A DNA stretch of 64,000 nucleotides from Tortispora ganteri (GCA_003707115.1 PPNB01000001.1:186001-250000); one strand, 5' to 3'; shown: positions 31,741 through 43,132, counted from the first letter of the stretch. The notes: generated by a model from the letters alone, not told the origin. Translations and numbers: made by a program.

Positions 31741-31818
31741 CAAGCCAAAAAAATAAAAAAAAAAAAAAAAGGAAAAAAAAAAAATAACGCGTTAAAGATT
31801 AAAGCTGGCCACTTATAA

Positions 31819-34539
31819 CTATGATTCTGTGGGGTTCAATAATGAGGAAACCTCCAGTTCTGCTGAATGCGGTTTGTCATTTTTGTCATTTTTGAAATGC
31901 TCTCCAGAATCCTGTCTAGAGCTGGCAATATCGTGATTGGTAATAGTAATCTCTGGAATTTTCGCTGGCGGTGTCTGCTCATATGTGTGTCTTCTTGAAT
32001 GTTCTACCCTATGTGCACTGCTCAAAGGGTAAGAACGATGCCTGCCATTTCCAACAAGATTGACACTATCGCTAACAGATAAACTGTCAAATGATTTTGT
32101 GTAGACAGACCCGGTCAAGGAACTCTGCGAAGAGTTATGCGAGCTTGGGTCGCTAGTACTTATAGAAGTAGAAGATCTGGCATGGTTAGCACTGCTATTA
32201 GCAGGAGTAGTAACCACAGGAGCAGATGTAGGTAACAAGGTGCTAGATGTGACCATGTTATTCATGCCATTAGCAGGTACTGACGCTGAGTTAGACTGCG
32301 CTGATGTTGGAAAATTGCCAATTGTAGGATTTCTGATACCGGTGTCATGACCAACAGAAAAAGAACCAGTTTTTGATGCGCCCGATGGCTGATGAGGAGG
32401 AACAGCAATGCTGATGTTCCGATCATGGTTATCCGGAAACCCATTGCGTGGATGGTAAGGTTGAGCTCCAGACAGATGTGAAAATTTAGAAACACTGCCA
32501 GACACCACAGGATCTGAATAAAAGTCATTCAAAAGCCTACTTAGATGAGAATGAATAGTGCTGCAAGACATATTCAAGGAAATAACATCATTTCGGACGG
32601 CTTGCATGGCCTCCTTGTTGGGCAAGTGAGCTGAGTTTTTCTCTATTATATCCAAGTAGGAGACAGCACTTTGTGAAAATCGATGCATCAGGTCTATAGC
32701 ATCTCTGCTATGTGCTGCTAAATTTGTCGAAAAATCACACAAAGAATCGAAAAGCGATTGCTGTCTGAACGACGATTCGTGTAGATTCCAAATACTTTGT
32801 TCTGCAGAAGCAATTCTGTATTCTATAGCTTCAGCTAGTTCTTTTGAGAAGACAAAGTTGGATGGCTGCTGCTGAGCATGATTTGGTGGATTCTGGCGGG
32901 CAAATTGTTGGTGCTGCTGTTCTGGCTGTGGTTGTGCAGAGCCATAAATTGGATAAACATGCTGACTACCACGGGCTATATGTCCAGTTTCACCATGAGA
33001 TTGTGTCTGATAGGGCGCGAATTGGAGATTATTTGGGTAAGAATCATCTCCAGTTGATGAAGAGCTACCATGCCTGGGCTCATCATAATGGTGCTCTTGG
33101 CCTTTCAAAAATATAGCAGGAACAGATAAAGAATGCCTTTCGGGGTCTCCTGATTCTGCACGAACCTGAGAGATACCAGGGTAATGATATGTATTTGGGG
33201 ACGAGAGGCGTGATTCGTATCTTTCGGCTAAACCAGTACTAACGAGGTTACCATGAGGAGTAATGGTAATACCTCCAGTGCTATTTCTGTAACTTTGACC
33301 AAACTGCGGCTGACTGCTGAGGGTATGGGCGCCATACTTACTGGATGGAATCAAACCCGTATGCATTGGACCTACGCTGTAGCGGTGATCACGGGAAGAA
33401 TTCGAGCTAGCGGCATGTCTAGATGTGCGGCGTTTAATGCCACGAAGTGATTCCAAGTCCCCGCGGCGAAAAAGACCAACGCCATGTTTAAATTCCCATT
33501 TACTAGATTCCGAAGAAGAAGAGTGAAACAAATCATTCACTTTGTGGAACCCATACATATTGAGCTGTCGAACAAAAGAAGAGACGTTCGTGTGCTTAAA
33601 ATAACTAGAGAGAATCTTCGAGAATTCTTCTGTAGGTGTGACAAAGAAACTATCGTTCTTCGGACTCCACGAAATTAGATGTTGAATCGACGGGTCTTCA
33701 AGCATGGTATATAATTTATGGATGAATGCGGACTGATTAATTTTGACGTCCGATAAGGAGCCGTTACTCCCTTTCCCAGATTTAACAGAATTCTCTTCGT
33801 ATTCATTTGCTTGGGAATTTGCTTGCTCATTTTCGTTGTCTTTAGAGTTTGTGCTAGTGGGCAATTCATTAGAATCATGTGTGTCTAAATTTGGAGGGTT
33901 GTTGGGCGCAGCAGTCGGTTCAGGATTAGATTTCGGGATTTCCCTGCCAAACTCCTGAGGAGCGTATGCGGAATTCCATCTTGCGCGTTTAGAGGCATGC
34001 CCTTGCTCATCTATGGAGGAGCGAGAATGCGGTGAAACTGGAGAAACTGGAGAAAGCACTTTCTGGCTAGGCACTGACCTCGGAGGATCAGCCGTAGATG
34101 GGTCTGTAATGGAGGAAGAGGAGGAAGGATGGTAATATTCAGGTCCTGCTGAAGTCGGCGACAATCCTTCTGAAGGGGAAGGAGCACGGAAGTTTGTATT
34201 TTTTGGCATGACGTTCGAAGAATGAGGTGACAGAGGTACAGAGCGAGGTGTCTTACAAGAAGTGTACTGAGTGAGTGAAGAGGACTCTGAAGTTTGTTGC
34301 TCTCGGGAATCTGCATCAGTTTCACCTGCATTAGATGAGGATTTTTTAGAATGTGAAGCAGAATGAGTTTCCTTACATGATGCAAAGCTTGCTAATCCAT
34401 GTTTCTTATCAGGAGATATTGCACCATGTAAGTCAGTGTGAAGGTTACCTTTACCGCCAGCCCGATCTGAGTTAGGAATTGCCACAGGTGTAGGAGAAGA
34501 TGGCATTTGTGTAAGATTTTGTTGAACAGAGTCGGACAT
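31819..34539 (-). CDS. SFL1: HSF-type DNA-binding transcription factor of the Sfl1/Mga1 group
   Basis: QSAFIHKLYTMLED...YFKHTNVSSFVRQLNMYGFHKVND...WEFKHG; Ser/Gln-rich flanks; no receiver domain seen, so not Skn7. Confidence 0.78.
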   Translation of the reverse strand: MSDSVQQNLTQMPSSPTPVAIPNSDRAGGKGNLHTDLHGAISPDKKHGLASFASCKETHSASHSKKSSSNAGETDADSREQQTSESSSLTQYTSCKTPRSVPLSPHSSNVMPKNTNFRAPSPSEGLSPTSAGPEYYHPSSSSSITDPSTADPPRSVPSQKVLSPVSPVSPHSRSSIDEQGHASKRARWNSAYAPQEFGREIPKSNPEPTAAPNNPPNLDTHDSNELPTSTNSKDNENEQANSQANEYEENSVKSGKGSNGSLSDVKINQSAFIHKLYTMLEDPSIQHLISWSPKNDSFFVTPTEEFSKILSSYFKHTNVSSFVRQLNMYGFHKVNDLFHSSSSESSKWEFKHGVGLFRRGDLESLRGIKRRTSRHAASSNSSRDHRYSVGPMHTGLIPSSKYGAHTLSSQPQFGQSYRNSTGGITITPHGNLVSTGLAERYESRLSSPNTYHYPGISQVRAESGDPERHSLSVPAIFLKGQEHHYDEPRHGSSSSTGDDSYPNNLQFAPYQTQSHGETGHIARGSQHVYPIYGSAQPQPEQQHQQFARQNPPNHAQQQPSNFVFSKELAEAIEYRIASAEQSIWNLHESSFRQQSLFDSLCDFSTNLAAHSRDAIDLMHRFSQSAVSYLDIIEKNSAHLPNKEAMQAVRNDVISLNMSCSTIHSHLSRLLNDFYSDPVVSGSVSKFSHLSGAQPYHPRNGFPDNHDRNISIAVPPHQPSGASKTGSFSVGHDTGIRNPTIGNFPTSAQSNSASVPANGMNNMVTSSTLLPTSAPVVTTPANSSANHARSSTSISTSDPSSHNSSQSSLTGSVYTKSFDSLSVSDSVNLVGNGRHRSYPLSSAHRVEHSRRHTYEQTPPAKIPEITITNHDIASSRQDSGEHFKNDKNDKPHSAELEVSSLLNPTES

Positions 34540-37172
34540 GAACGATGAATATGATGACTAGACTGAAATAAGAACTGGAGCTGAGTATAATGGTGCACGT
34601 ATAAGCTGACGAAATCAAAAGAGAATACAAGAAGGTAAATATCACAAAGGAGTTAATATCTTCGGTGATAATAACTGAAGATCTTCGCCAAAAAAAAACA
34701 AAAAAAAGAAAAAAAGAAAAAATACCACAGTCGCGATGCTCAACAATCTGATATGTGGCGATTCGATGATGGATTGAGCTTTCTTGGCGTTGAGTGTTAT
34801 AGAGAGCCGAAGGCGGTCAATCGGCTTGCTTTAGGAGATGTAACCTATGCCAGGTTTACTTATAAAAAAACAGATATATTTAAGAGAAACTTCAAACGGT
34901 AAAGTGCACAAAGTTAGAGCAGTACAGGTTAAAGACAGAGGAAGAGAAGTTTAGTGCGGACGGCGCAAATTTGTGTGCAGTTTTACTTCGGAGCTTAGCG
35001 CGTGCACGGTCTTGGTCTTTAAGAGTGTCGCAGCTAAGACCGCAAAAGTGCGGGATAATGAAACACTAAAAGGGTAAAATCAAAAGATGCCACTAAATAC
35101 CAACAATAGTATATAGGATCTCAAAGGAAAAGTGCACGAGATCCGGAGAAGCCCCGTATTATAACAAAATAGAGCGGTTAAGTGTAGCGGTTGGTGGGAG
35201 GCAGTAATAATATAAAGATAGGCAGTTTAGATTTTTCGGATTAAACTTTTCAAGGGAAATGCATGGTGAAATAACGTTTGTAATAGAGAACTTTGTAAAG
35301 TTTTAGACGAAAAGAGTAGTAAAGAGTTATTGACGACCAATCTGAATCTAAATTTGTGAGGTTGAATGACCAGGTATAGACATATCTAGATGGTTAAAGA
35401 TCTAACAACTACGAAATTCTAAGATCCAACTAGGTGCGGAAAATGCAAAATTTGTGCAAAAGCTAATAGCGAACTACTCAACTGAACGTGGTGGCTATAC
35501 TGTACACGTGGATGTTCGTCGCAGAATATACGGCAGATTTTCGAAAATATACTATTACTTAACTCTAATAATAGACCAAGTTAAAAGCTTAAGCAGAATA
35601 CAGAACGTCATGCTACTTCATTGCTCGATGAATTCCTAATGTTACAATACTTGTAATCTTACGCGAAATCCGATGACCAATAGCCAGCATATGATATGTT
35701 ATTAACAGCACTAGATGGGTTGAAGCGGACAAGATCGATGTTATACAGAAAGACAATGTTAAGAAGCATCGGCACAGGAGGCGAAAAGGGTTTCAATACT
35801 GTACATACAGACATCTTTGGAGAATTATTTCTAAGTCAGTGTATCCCATGTTACAATAGCAAAGAGTAATGGAATGGCAAATTAAGCCATCCGATAGCGG
35901 TGTTAAAAGAATAGAATTTCTTAGGCTCAGAAATACTTCCATAAGAGTTATTTTAGTTTAGCATGGAAGATATGGCTCTGTTCCTTCTTGTGCCAGGCCG
36001 AAACTTTATGGTTAAAGACGTCCATTCTAGGCAATATAATTTCTCAGGAACGCTTAGTCACAATACTATCGATGTTTGTGCGGTTGGTTATACCGGTATA
36101 GCAAAATAAACTCACGTTTACTTTCAATCACATAATGCTAACAACCGATAATGTGAATTTTTTAATCACCGATGTATCAACTATTCCTAGCACTATTAGC
36201 CTTTCTTAAACCCTTTTCAGTAGTAACCATTATAAACGACACATTAGCCTTTAATAATGGATCCTGGAACTATCTGTATACTACATCCATGCCTATCTTT
36301 ATCGACTAATTATTTTTTTAGTGTTCACAGTAAAAGAGCTAAATTTCAGGTTTAGCGTAAGGTTAAATCAAAAAAAACAAAAGGAAAATACGTAATTAAA
36401 CAGAAATAATGCTGTTACATGCAGTCTATGATCATACAGGAATAATATCACAACACCAGTTTCATCCATTTTATTAATGATTATCGTCAGCCCGTTGTAT
36501 TTTCTAGCGATTGCTTCACGATTTATGGTCCGACTGTGTAAAAGAGCAAAATTGTATCAACTATTCCGCAAAGATCACACTGAGCAGTTAGTTCAATAAA
36601 GATAAACTATTTCACTCTATATTTTGACTGCAGCATGCTTCATGCACGCATCGAAAATAACGTTTTAACTTAGCGGAATATGGATCACTTGCCTCTTCAT
36701 TTGATCTAGTTCTAGAATGACTCTTCAACGGTATATTAAGGTTTTCTAGGTGGACAATTCTCCTACGCCTTAGTGTGGGGAAACGAGTATTGAAACTTCA
36801 TATGCCAACAGCTTTTCCCAAATGACGGTAAGTGAGTGTATGTAAACTAGGAGATCTGTACATTAGAATCTAAAAACTAACTTGACATCTCTAAATGGAA
36901 TAAATTTTCGTCACTCTCTAAATATCAATAAAGCTGTATTAACAATACAGTACCTGTTCTAGATCATTGCAAAAATGAATTCGCCAGTAAGTATCATTGA
37001 ACCTTAACCTAAAGACTTTAGAATCGACCTATAACAAGGTGTATTGATCCCCGGTGTGAAGAATTGCTTAATGGTTCACAACACTAGGCTAACAGCTTAA
37101 TTAAGACTAAAATGCAGCGGCTCTTTTCCGTTCTCCTGGGCAAGTCCCTCGCATAATACTTATTCAAGAGTT

Positions 37173-38480
37173 TTAAAAACTCTCCATAGTGGACTCTAAT
37201 TTTTGCGCACTTAATTCGCGTCTGATCAATGGAGTAATAGAGTCATGTGTGTGAGTTCGTGCCAGCTTAAGGAGATCATTAACCTGTTCGTGGCTGAAAT
37301 CCTCGCGATAGCTTTGACAAAGCACTAAGAACCCCTGGTGCCAAACAACAGGCATCTTCGACGTATTATATGGCGGTTCAGTAAACGAATAGAAATAATC
37401 AACTACCGAATTAAGAACCTTTTTAGGAAGAGCATATTTCTTGGCTAGAATTGCCTTTATAAATATGGCCGGGCCAGGAGAGTATGGCAGTTCAACTAAC
37501 CTCAATAGCGCGGCAGCTGAATGCAGTACTGGAACTGACGTTTTAGTTAGCACTGAAGAAACAATCACAGCCTCACGGATAGTGCAACATTCTTCTTCTT
37601 CGCAGAGTGGAAATAAAAGTCCCTTGAAAAAAGCAGGTGGTTTGTATAATGATTTCATCAAAGCCTGGTATAGATGTGTATTTAGTACCTTGTTGCTGCT
37701 GATATCTTCACGAACTCGAGGTAACAGTACATTATATACAAATTTTTGCGCTTCCTTTGGAGGAAGATTCGAAACAAACAATTTAGTTGCTTGCGAAACT
37801 GCATGCGGTGTCCAGTCTTGAGGAGATGTGAGGATGACAACTGATTCCCAATTTTTCAAACTAGGTATGATCTTGAAGGCTTTTGGTAATTTACCTGATC
37901 TATATCTGGATAGAAGCAAACCGATTTTCTCATAGACTTCAACCACTTTTGGTGGGAACTGTGGCTTAGAGTCTATTTCTTGTTCGTCCGGGTCATTCAA
38001 AGACTTCTTTTCGATGATTTTAATCCTGTTTAAAATCTGACTTCCTAGGCTTTCGCCTAAGTCACCCTTTTGCGCCAGAAAACTTTCAAACAAAATTTCC
38101 TCATTAGATCCGCCAAAAGCATTAATATCATCCTCAAATTCATCCGGATCGTAATCTTCGTAGTCATCTTCTTCGTCGTCTTCAGATGATTCGCTATTTG
38201 CAAAACCCGATTCGTTACTGTCTCGAAATATCACACGCTCCTCGAATTTCGAAGGCTTTTTCTTTGATTTAGCAGCATTTATTTCCTCTTCTTCTGCTAA
38301 CTGTTCTCGTGCCAGCTGCAAAATCTTACTTGATCCAGCAGCATCAATGTAGTTCGTCGACTCTTCTTCACTGAAACCGCGTGTCGCACTCATTTCCTTA
38401 ATCGGTCTGAATCGACCTTCACCATTCTCGATTACTTGACTTAAATTAGGTCTTTGTCGATATTTTGTCGTTTTTGGCAT
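37173..38480 (-). CDS. ENP1: Bystin, pre-40S biogenesis factor
   Basis: SSKILQLAREQ, RYRSGKLPKAFKIIP, LYKPPAFFKG, KKYALP, MPVVWHQ motifs. Confidence 0.96.
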   Translation of the reverse strand: MPKTTKYRQRPNLSQVIENGEGRFRPIKEMSATRGFSEEESTNYIDAAGSSKILQLAREQLAEEEEINAAKSKKKPSKFEERVIFRDSNESGFANSESSEDDEEDDYEDYDPDEFEDDINAFGGSNEEILFESFLAQKGDLGESLGSQILNRIKIIEKKSLNDPDEQEIDSKPQFPPKVVEVYEKIGLLLSRYRSGKLPKAFKIIPSLKNWESVVILTSPQDWTPHAVSQATKLFVSNLPPKEAQKFVYNVLLPRVREDISSNKVLNTHLYQALMKSLYKPPAFFKGLLFPLCEEEECCTIREAVIVSSVLTKTSVPVLHSAAALLRLVELPYSPGPAIFIKAILAKKYALPKKVLNSVVDYFYSFTEPPYNTSKMPVVWHQGFLVLCQSYREDFSHEQVNDLLKLARTHTHDSITPLIRRELSAQKLESTMESF

Positions 38481-38828
38481 ATCTTAGAGCAGCTATATAG
38501 CAGTGTATATCAGAGTATATACCAGGTTTCCTATAATAGTGAAAGAATGCAGAGTGTGAAGAAAAAAATATATACACCAGCAAGTTGTCCTAAAAAAGAA
38601 AGTCCCAATGAAATCCTTGCCAATATCATATTTCTCCAAATTACCCTGCCGATTTGCGGCAATCATAAGCTTCCTTCGCGCAGGATATTTAGGCTTCCAT
38701 CTTGCGCGCATTCGGTTACTGTATATTAGAACGTAAACTGTTGCTATTACCGGTACATTTGGTCAGAAAGATCCGGGAATACGTGCAACTGTGAAGTAAG
38801 TTATCCGTAGAAGTTTCAACCTGAAGCT

Positions 38829-40145
38829 ATGACTATACATACCGAAGGTAATGGAAAGCGTTCACACGAAGGCTCGCCAGATGTTCCCGAACAACCTGCA
38901 TCAAAACATATAAAAATAGACCTTGAACAAGAAGACCCCAGTGGATATGCTTCCAATCATGGCACTCCAGAGCCATTGAAACGATCTGCGAGAGAGCGAA
39001 AGGACTCTTATAAGAAAAGAGAGTCTGACATTACGGGTACGGATAGTTCGCACCGGAAGAAAGAATTGACCGAACCATCAGAAGCAAAGCTGCTGCATTT
39101 GGAACTGGCACCTTACAAGCCGTCGGACTTTCTAATTGTTCCAGAGGCTCCTGCCAAACAAAACAAAGAAATCCACGCTGGAATAGAAGTCGGCGAAATA
39201 ATTGACCACCCATTCAATAGAAGAGGATTTCGATATCAGTCATGCACGGTTAATCCGACATTGAGCCATCTCAGATACACGCAAACAGAAACTCCACCTT
39301 ACACAGCCAGACTAAGTTATGAAGATATCGGATCTCACATACTACTGGATGACTCTGCACGCATCGCTACGACCGCTGATGGATTTCGATCGGTACGCGC
39401 AAATGTTTGTGTACGCGAAGGGAAGTACTATTGCGAGTTTAAGTTGCTGGACTCAGACTCGAACAATGGACGTCATGCACGAGTAGGTTGGTCTCGAAGA
39501 GAGTTATCTTTGGAGGCACCCGTTGGTTCAGATGCCTACTCTTACGGTGTACGCGATAAAACGGGAGAGCGTATACATTTGAGCCGACCAAGTGACGAAG
39601 CTAATGTCGGACCGTTGAAAACGGGAGATGTCATTGGGTTTTATATTGACTTACCCATGTTAGAAAACGTGGATGTCATAAGAGACCGGATACCTATTAG
39701 ATACAAAGGCCAGCACTACTTTGAACTGTTGGAATATGTTCAGTCGAAGCAAATGCTGGATCTGATTATTAATCCCAAGGGACCTTCAGGCTCAAGAATC
39801 AGCGGCTCTTCGATTCAAATATATGTTAATGGAAAGCGCACAGATGCTAAATGGGAAAATTTGTTTTCCTTCCTACCTCCGGAATCTAAACCATTGTCTT
39901 CCCTTGGCGGGCGGGCACTCGATGATGGAATGCTAGGATATATACCTACTATTTCGGTTTTTGGAGGAGGAGTTGTAAAGTTTAACCCTGGTCCAGAATT
40001 TGAATGTGTACCGGAGGACCTGAAAATTGGTGAAGAAGTATTTCCAGTCAGTCGGAGATATGAGGAACAGATCGCTGAGGATCTTACGTGGGATATTATT
40101 GATGAAATCACATATGAATTTGAAGAGAAATACACTGTTACATGA
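38829..40145 (+). CDS. BRE2: COMPASS SPRY-domain subunit Bre2/Ash2
   Basis: PFNRRGFRY, ARVGWSRRELSLEAPVGSDAYSYGVRD, DDGMLGY, RYEEQIAEDLTWDIIDE. Confidence 0.92.
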   Translation: MTIHTEGNGKRSHEGSPDVPEQPASKHIKIDLEQEDPSGYASNHGTPEPLKRSARERKDSYKKRESDITGTDSSHRKKELTEPSEAKLLHLELAPYKPSDFLIVPEAPAKQNKEIHAGIEVGEIIDHPFNRRGFRYQSCTVNPTLSHLRYTQTETPPYTARLSYEDIGSHILLDDSARIATTADGFRSVRANVCVREGKYYCEFKLLDSDSNNGRHARVGWSRRELSLEAPVGSDAYSYGVRDKTGERIHLSRPSDEANVGPLKTGDVIGFYIDLPMLENVDVIRDRIPIRYKGQHYFELLEYVQSKQMLDLIINPKGPSGSRISGSSIQIYVNGKRTDAKWENLFSFLPPESKPLSSLGGRALDDGMLGYIPTISVFGGGVVKFNPGPEFECVPEDLKIGEEVFPVSRRYEEQIAEDLTWDIIDEITYEFEEKYTVT

Positions 40146-40219
40146 TTTCATAGTGGGCGCCATCCGATTGTGAAGTCTTCGATAGAAAAATTACCAATAA
40201 TTCATAGGCTTACAAAACC

Positions 40220-40990
40220 TCAAATAATAGGACCTATAGGAAGAGGGTCTTGCCATGGTGTGTTACAATAGGGACAGAACCGATCGGATGGTTCTGAGTC
40301 AGAGAAATAGGATTCAGAGCAATGTTGATGCAATGCAAAAGAGCATTGAGAACAGCCGTGCCCTATAGTTAACAAGTTACGACATGCTTCACAGTGCTTC
40401 AATAAATCTCTGGGAAAATTTTCTTGAATGTATCTATCCAATTCACATAGCAGACGTGTTGTCGGATATAGGAAATTATAATTTCTATCTTGATAATGAA
40501 TATCGTATTGCGCAATGAATCCTTCTTCCATTAAATGAGTTACGCTATCGAATATTTGACGCTTTGACGGTTTTGACGCGGGTCTTGTTTCTTCAGGTAT
40601 GGATTCTAAGAGGTCAGGAACGCGTAAGGAGATGTTCTCGACTGTTGTGACGAATTTGATAGGCAAAGAGGAAACCAAAGGTTCAAATACTTCTGAGAGC
40701 ATTGCGCGTAATACTATTGTATCTAAGTATCTATTAGAAGACTTTTTAGAAGCGTTATCGTTTAATGTGTTCGTTATAGTGTAGCACTTCAAAGAGGATA
40801 ATTGATCAGTGGTAGACACGAGCTCGAAACCAAAATAATTCAAAGTGTTCCTGACAGATTGCAAGATCTCATCAAAAGATAATTCACTATTTAGCTTTAA
40901 AATAATTGAATTGATATGAGTCCTATCCATTATCTTGTAATAAAATAATGCCTGTATAATTGCCTGTTCGGTTTCCATCGCTGCTGGCAT
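40220..40990 (-). CDS. NSE1: Smc5/6 complex subunit Nse1 (RING-like)
   Basis: Winged-helix region ending RLLCELDRYI, then CEAC...CSQC...HQHC...CPYCNTPW RING variant. Confidence 0.8.
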   Translation of the reverse strand: MPAAMETEQAIIQALFYYKIMDRTHINSIILKLNSELSFDEILQSVRNTLNYFGFELVSTTDQLSSLKCYTITNTLNDNASKKSSNRYLDTIVLRAMLSEVFEPLVSSLPIKFVTTVENISLRVPDLLESIPEETRPASKPSKRQIFDSVTHLMEEGFIAQYDIHYQDRNYNFLYPTTRLLCELDRYIQENFPRDLLKHCEACRNLLTIGHGCSQCSFALHQHCSESYFSDSEPSDRFCPYCNTPWQDPLPIGPII

Positions 40991-41028
40991 GATGGGATAA
41001 AGTTAGAAGTGGATTGGCGTCGCGTAAA

Positions 41029-41730
41029 ATGAAAATAAATAGCTTCAAGCGGAGGAGAATTGTGATATTCGGCGACTCCTTGACGCAGAGAGGATACGAA
41101 CTTATAAATGGTTATAGTGCCTGGGCCCACTTGTCGAATTATTACAGAGATCATTGTGATGTTGTTATACGAGGTTTCTCCGGGTACAACACAGAGCACG
41201 CACGAATGTTATCAAGAAGTATAGCAAATGAATTCGATGACGATTGCACTTTAGCTATATTTGTGTGGTTTGGTGCAAATGATGCTTCTTGTGGGCAGCA
41301 ACGTGTGCCCATTGAGCACTTTGGCAATAACGTCAAATCAATCATAGAAATCTTCAAGACAATCCGAACTAAGATCATTATCGTTTCACCGCCACCTATT
41401 AACGAGAAGCAGTGGAATGTTGCAACTGTGCTGAAAGGCAATGATTCCATTGTACATACTCGTTTCAACCGCATTACTGGCGACTACGCCGATAGATTAA
41501 GCTCGATAGCCTCGTCAGAACAGGTTCATTTCATTGATCTCTTTAGCAAGATGCAAGCAGATCTAGATCAAAAATTTATAGATGGTCTACATCTAAATGA
41601 CATTGGCTATAGACAATGTACTGACATATTTATTAAATTCCTGAAGGAAAATAAACTTGATCCTGACAGCCTTCCTCGACTATTTCCTTACTGGAAGACA
41701 GTCTTACCTCCCAGTCTTCTTCTCGAATAA
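41029..41730 (+). CDS. IAH1: SGNH hydrolase, isoamyl acetate-hydrolysing esterase family
   Basis: FGDSLTQ, RGFSGYNT, WFGANDA, DGLHL blocks; ATG at 41029. Confidence 0.9.
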   Translation: MKINSFKRRRIVIFGDSLTQRGYELINGYSAWAHLSNYYRDHCDVVIRGFSGYNTEHARMLSRSIANEFDDDCTLAIFVWFGANDASCGQQRVPIEHFGNNVKSIIEIFKTIRTKIIIVSPPPINEKQWNVATVLKGNDSIVHTRFNRITGDYADRLSSIASSEQVHFIDLFSKMQADLDQKFIDGLHLNDIGYRQCTDIFIKFLKENKLDPDSLPRLFPYWKTVLPPSLLLE

Positions 41731-41783
41731 TTGCAACAACAACCAACCGCCTTCTGAGTGTTCATCTCTGTTGCATTTAGAAA

Positions 41784-42376
41784 ATGTGGCTAACAGATTT
41801 ACAAAGTAAGCATAGCCAATAGATCTGATTTTCTTTGTTTATGATAGTTTGCTAACTTCATATAGAACTAGGTGTAGCTTTAACAGCTGCAGGTAAGTTT
41901 TCATTATTACGCGATTGTATCATCTCACGGCTGTTGGCTAACGTCCCTTCTAGGCTGCGTATTTTTCCTTATAGGAATTGTGACCTTCTTCGATGCAGGT
42001 TTATTGGCCTTTGGTAATGTAAGTATTACTTTTCTGGTGCTTCTTCTATTGCGTTACTTATTCTAACTTGCAGATCTTGTTTTTATCGGGTTTGGTATGT
42101 GTAGTAGGATTTCAGAAAACTGTCTATTTCTTTTCTAGAAAGACAAAAATTAGAGGATCAATATGTTTTGGATTTGGAATATTTCTTATTCTTATTAGGC
42201 ATCCCTTTTTTGGTTTTGTTATAGAATTCTTCGGTATGCTGAACCTGTTTGGCGATTTCTTCGGCGTCATTGTATCATTCCTACGCTCATTACCCATAAT
42301 CGGGCCTTTGCTCTCTCATCCTTACATAGCTCCTATAGTGGACAGACTAGCAGGTGTTCGTGTCCTTCCTGTTTAA
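41784..42376 (+). CDS. GOT1: Golgi transport membrane protein Got1, four exons
   Basis: Exons 41784-41805, 41866-41892, 41954-42018, 42074-42376; introns GTAAG(C/T)...CTAAC...YAG of 60, 61 and 55 nt; 138 aa [17 protein letters not shown]...[14 protein letters not shown]...RVLPV. Confidence 0.94.
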
Positions 42377-42532
42377 TTTTCCTCACTCCTTACTTCCGCT
42401 AATCATGCTAATGACATTCTACAACCACAGTCTCGCCTCTATCCATCTCTCGTTACAAGCTATAGAAATAAAATTAAAGATTTCATAGTATGGTTTTCCA
42501 AAATAGATCAATTTATAACAAATCTCCTTTCT

Positions 42533-42966
42533 TTAATAATTAACGCTAATCAGATAGTCTGCTAATTGCTCGACCACTTTTGCAGCTTGTCCAGCTTGAA
42601 CACCTGCAGGATAGTGTCCAATGAGAATCGCCTGCTTAGTGCAAACTGCGACGATGCCGGTAGCTTCTTTCTTGCCGTAAATACTACGATCGTCTGATTT
42701 AATTACAAAATACTTCACTCCTCCAATATGCAGTCCATTGGCAAGAAGATTGCTGCTATTATTAAACCCTTGTGCTAATTCACTTGCTTCTGCCGCGCTA
42801 ATTTGAAATCCAGGTGAGGTTGCCCATACTGAGTCGCCAGCACGCGAATATAATGCCGCTTGGTCAATCTGACCTGTTTGTAATAAGTTATCCACGTATG
42901 CTATTTCCGTTAGTTGATTACGTAATCTTTATCTCTTACATCTGGCCACTTACAGTTCCAAGACAT
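42533..42966 (-). CDS. PFY1: Profilin, spliced
   Basis: Exon 1 42966-42954, 53-nt intron GTAAGT...ACTAAC...TAG (42953-42901), exon 2 42900-42533; 126 aa MSWNSYVDNLL...VEQLADYLISVNY. Confidence 0.95.
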
Positions 42967-43132
42967 TTTCGCGTCAAATGTAATCGGAATAATTGAAAGT
43001 AAAGGCCAGGCCGCTTTCTGACATCTATGTGTTGGATGTTCGTTTCCATAGCTACGACGCATTTGTTTTTTGTTACTCAAAATCATGAACTTATCATTAT
43101 GCTTGTCATAACGAATAAATATGCAAATTTAA

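Noticed and set aside
35869..35961. Short ORF containing the Ty1-type +1 frameshift heptamer CTTAGGC
   Set aside because: The +1 frame stops after six codons, so there is no extended product
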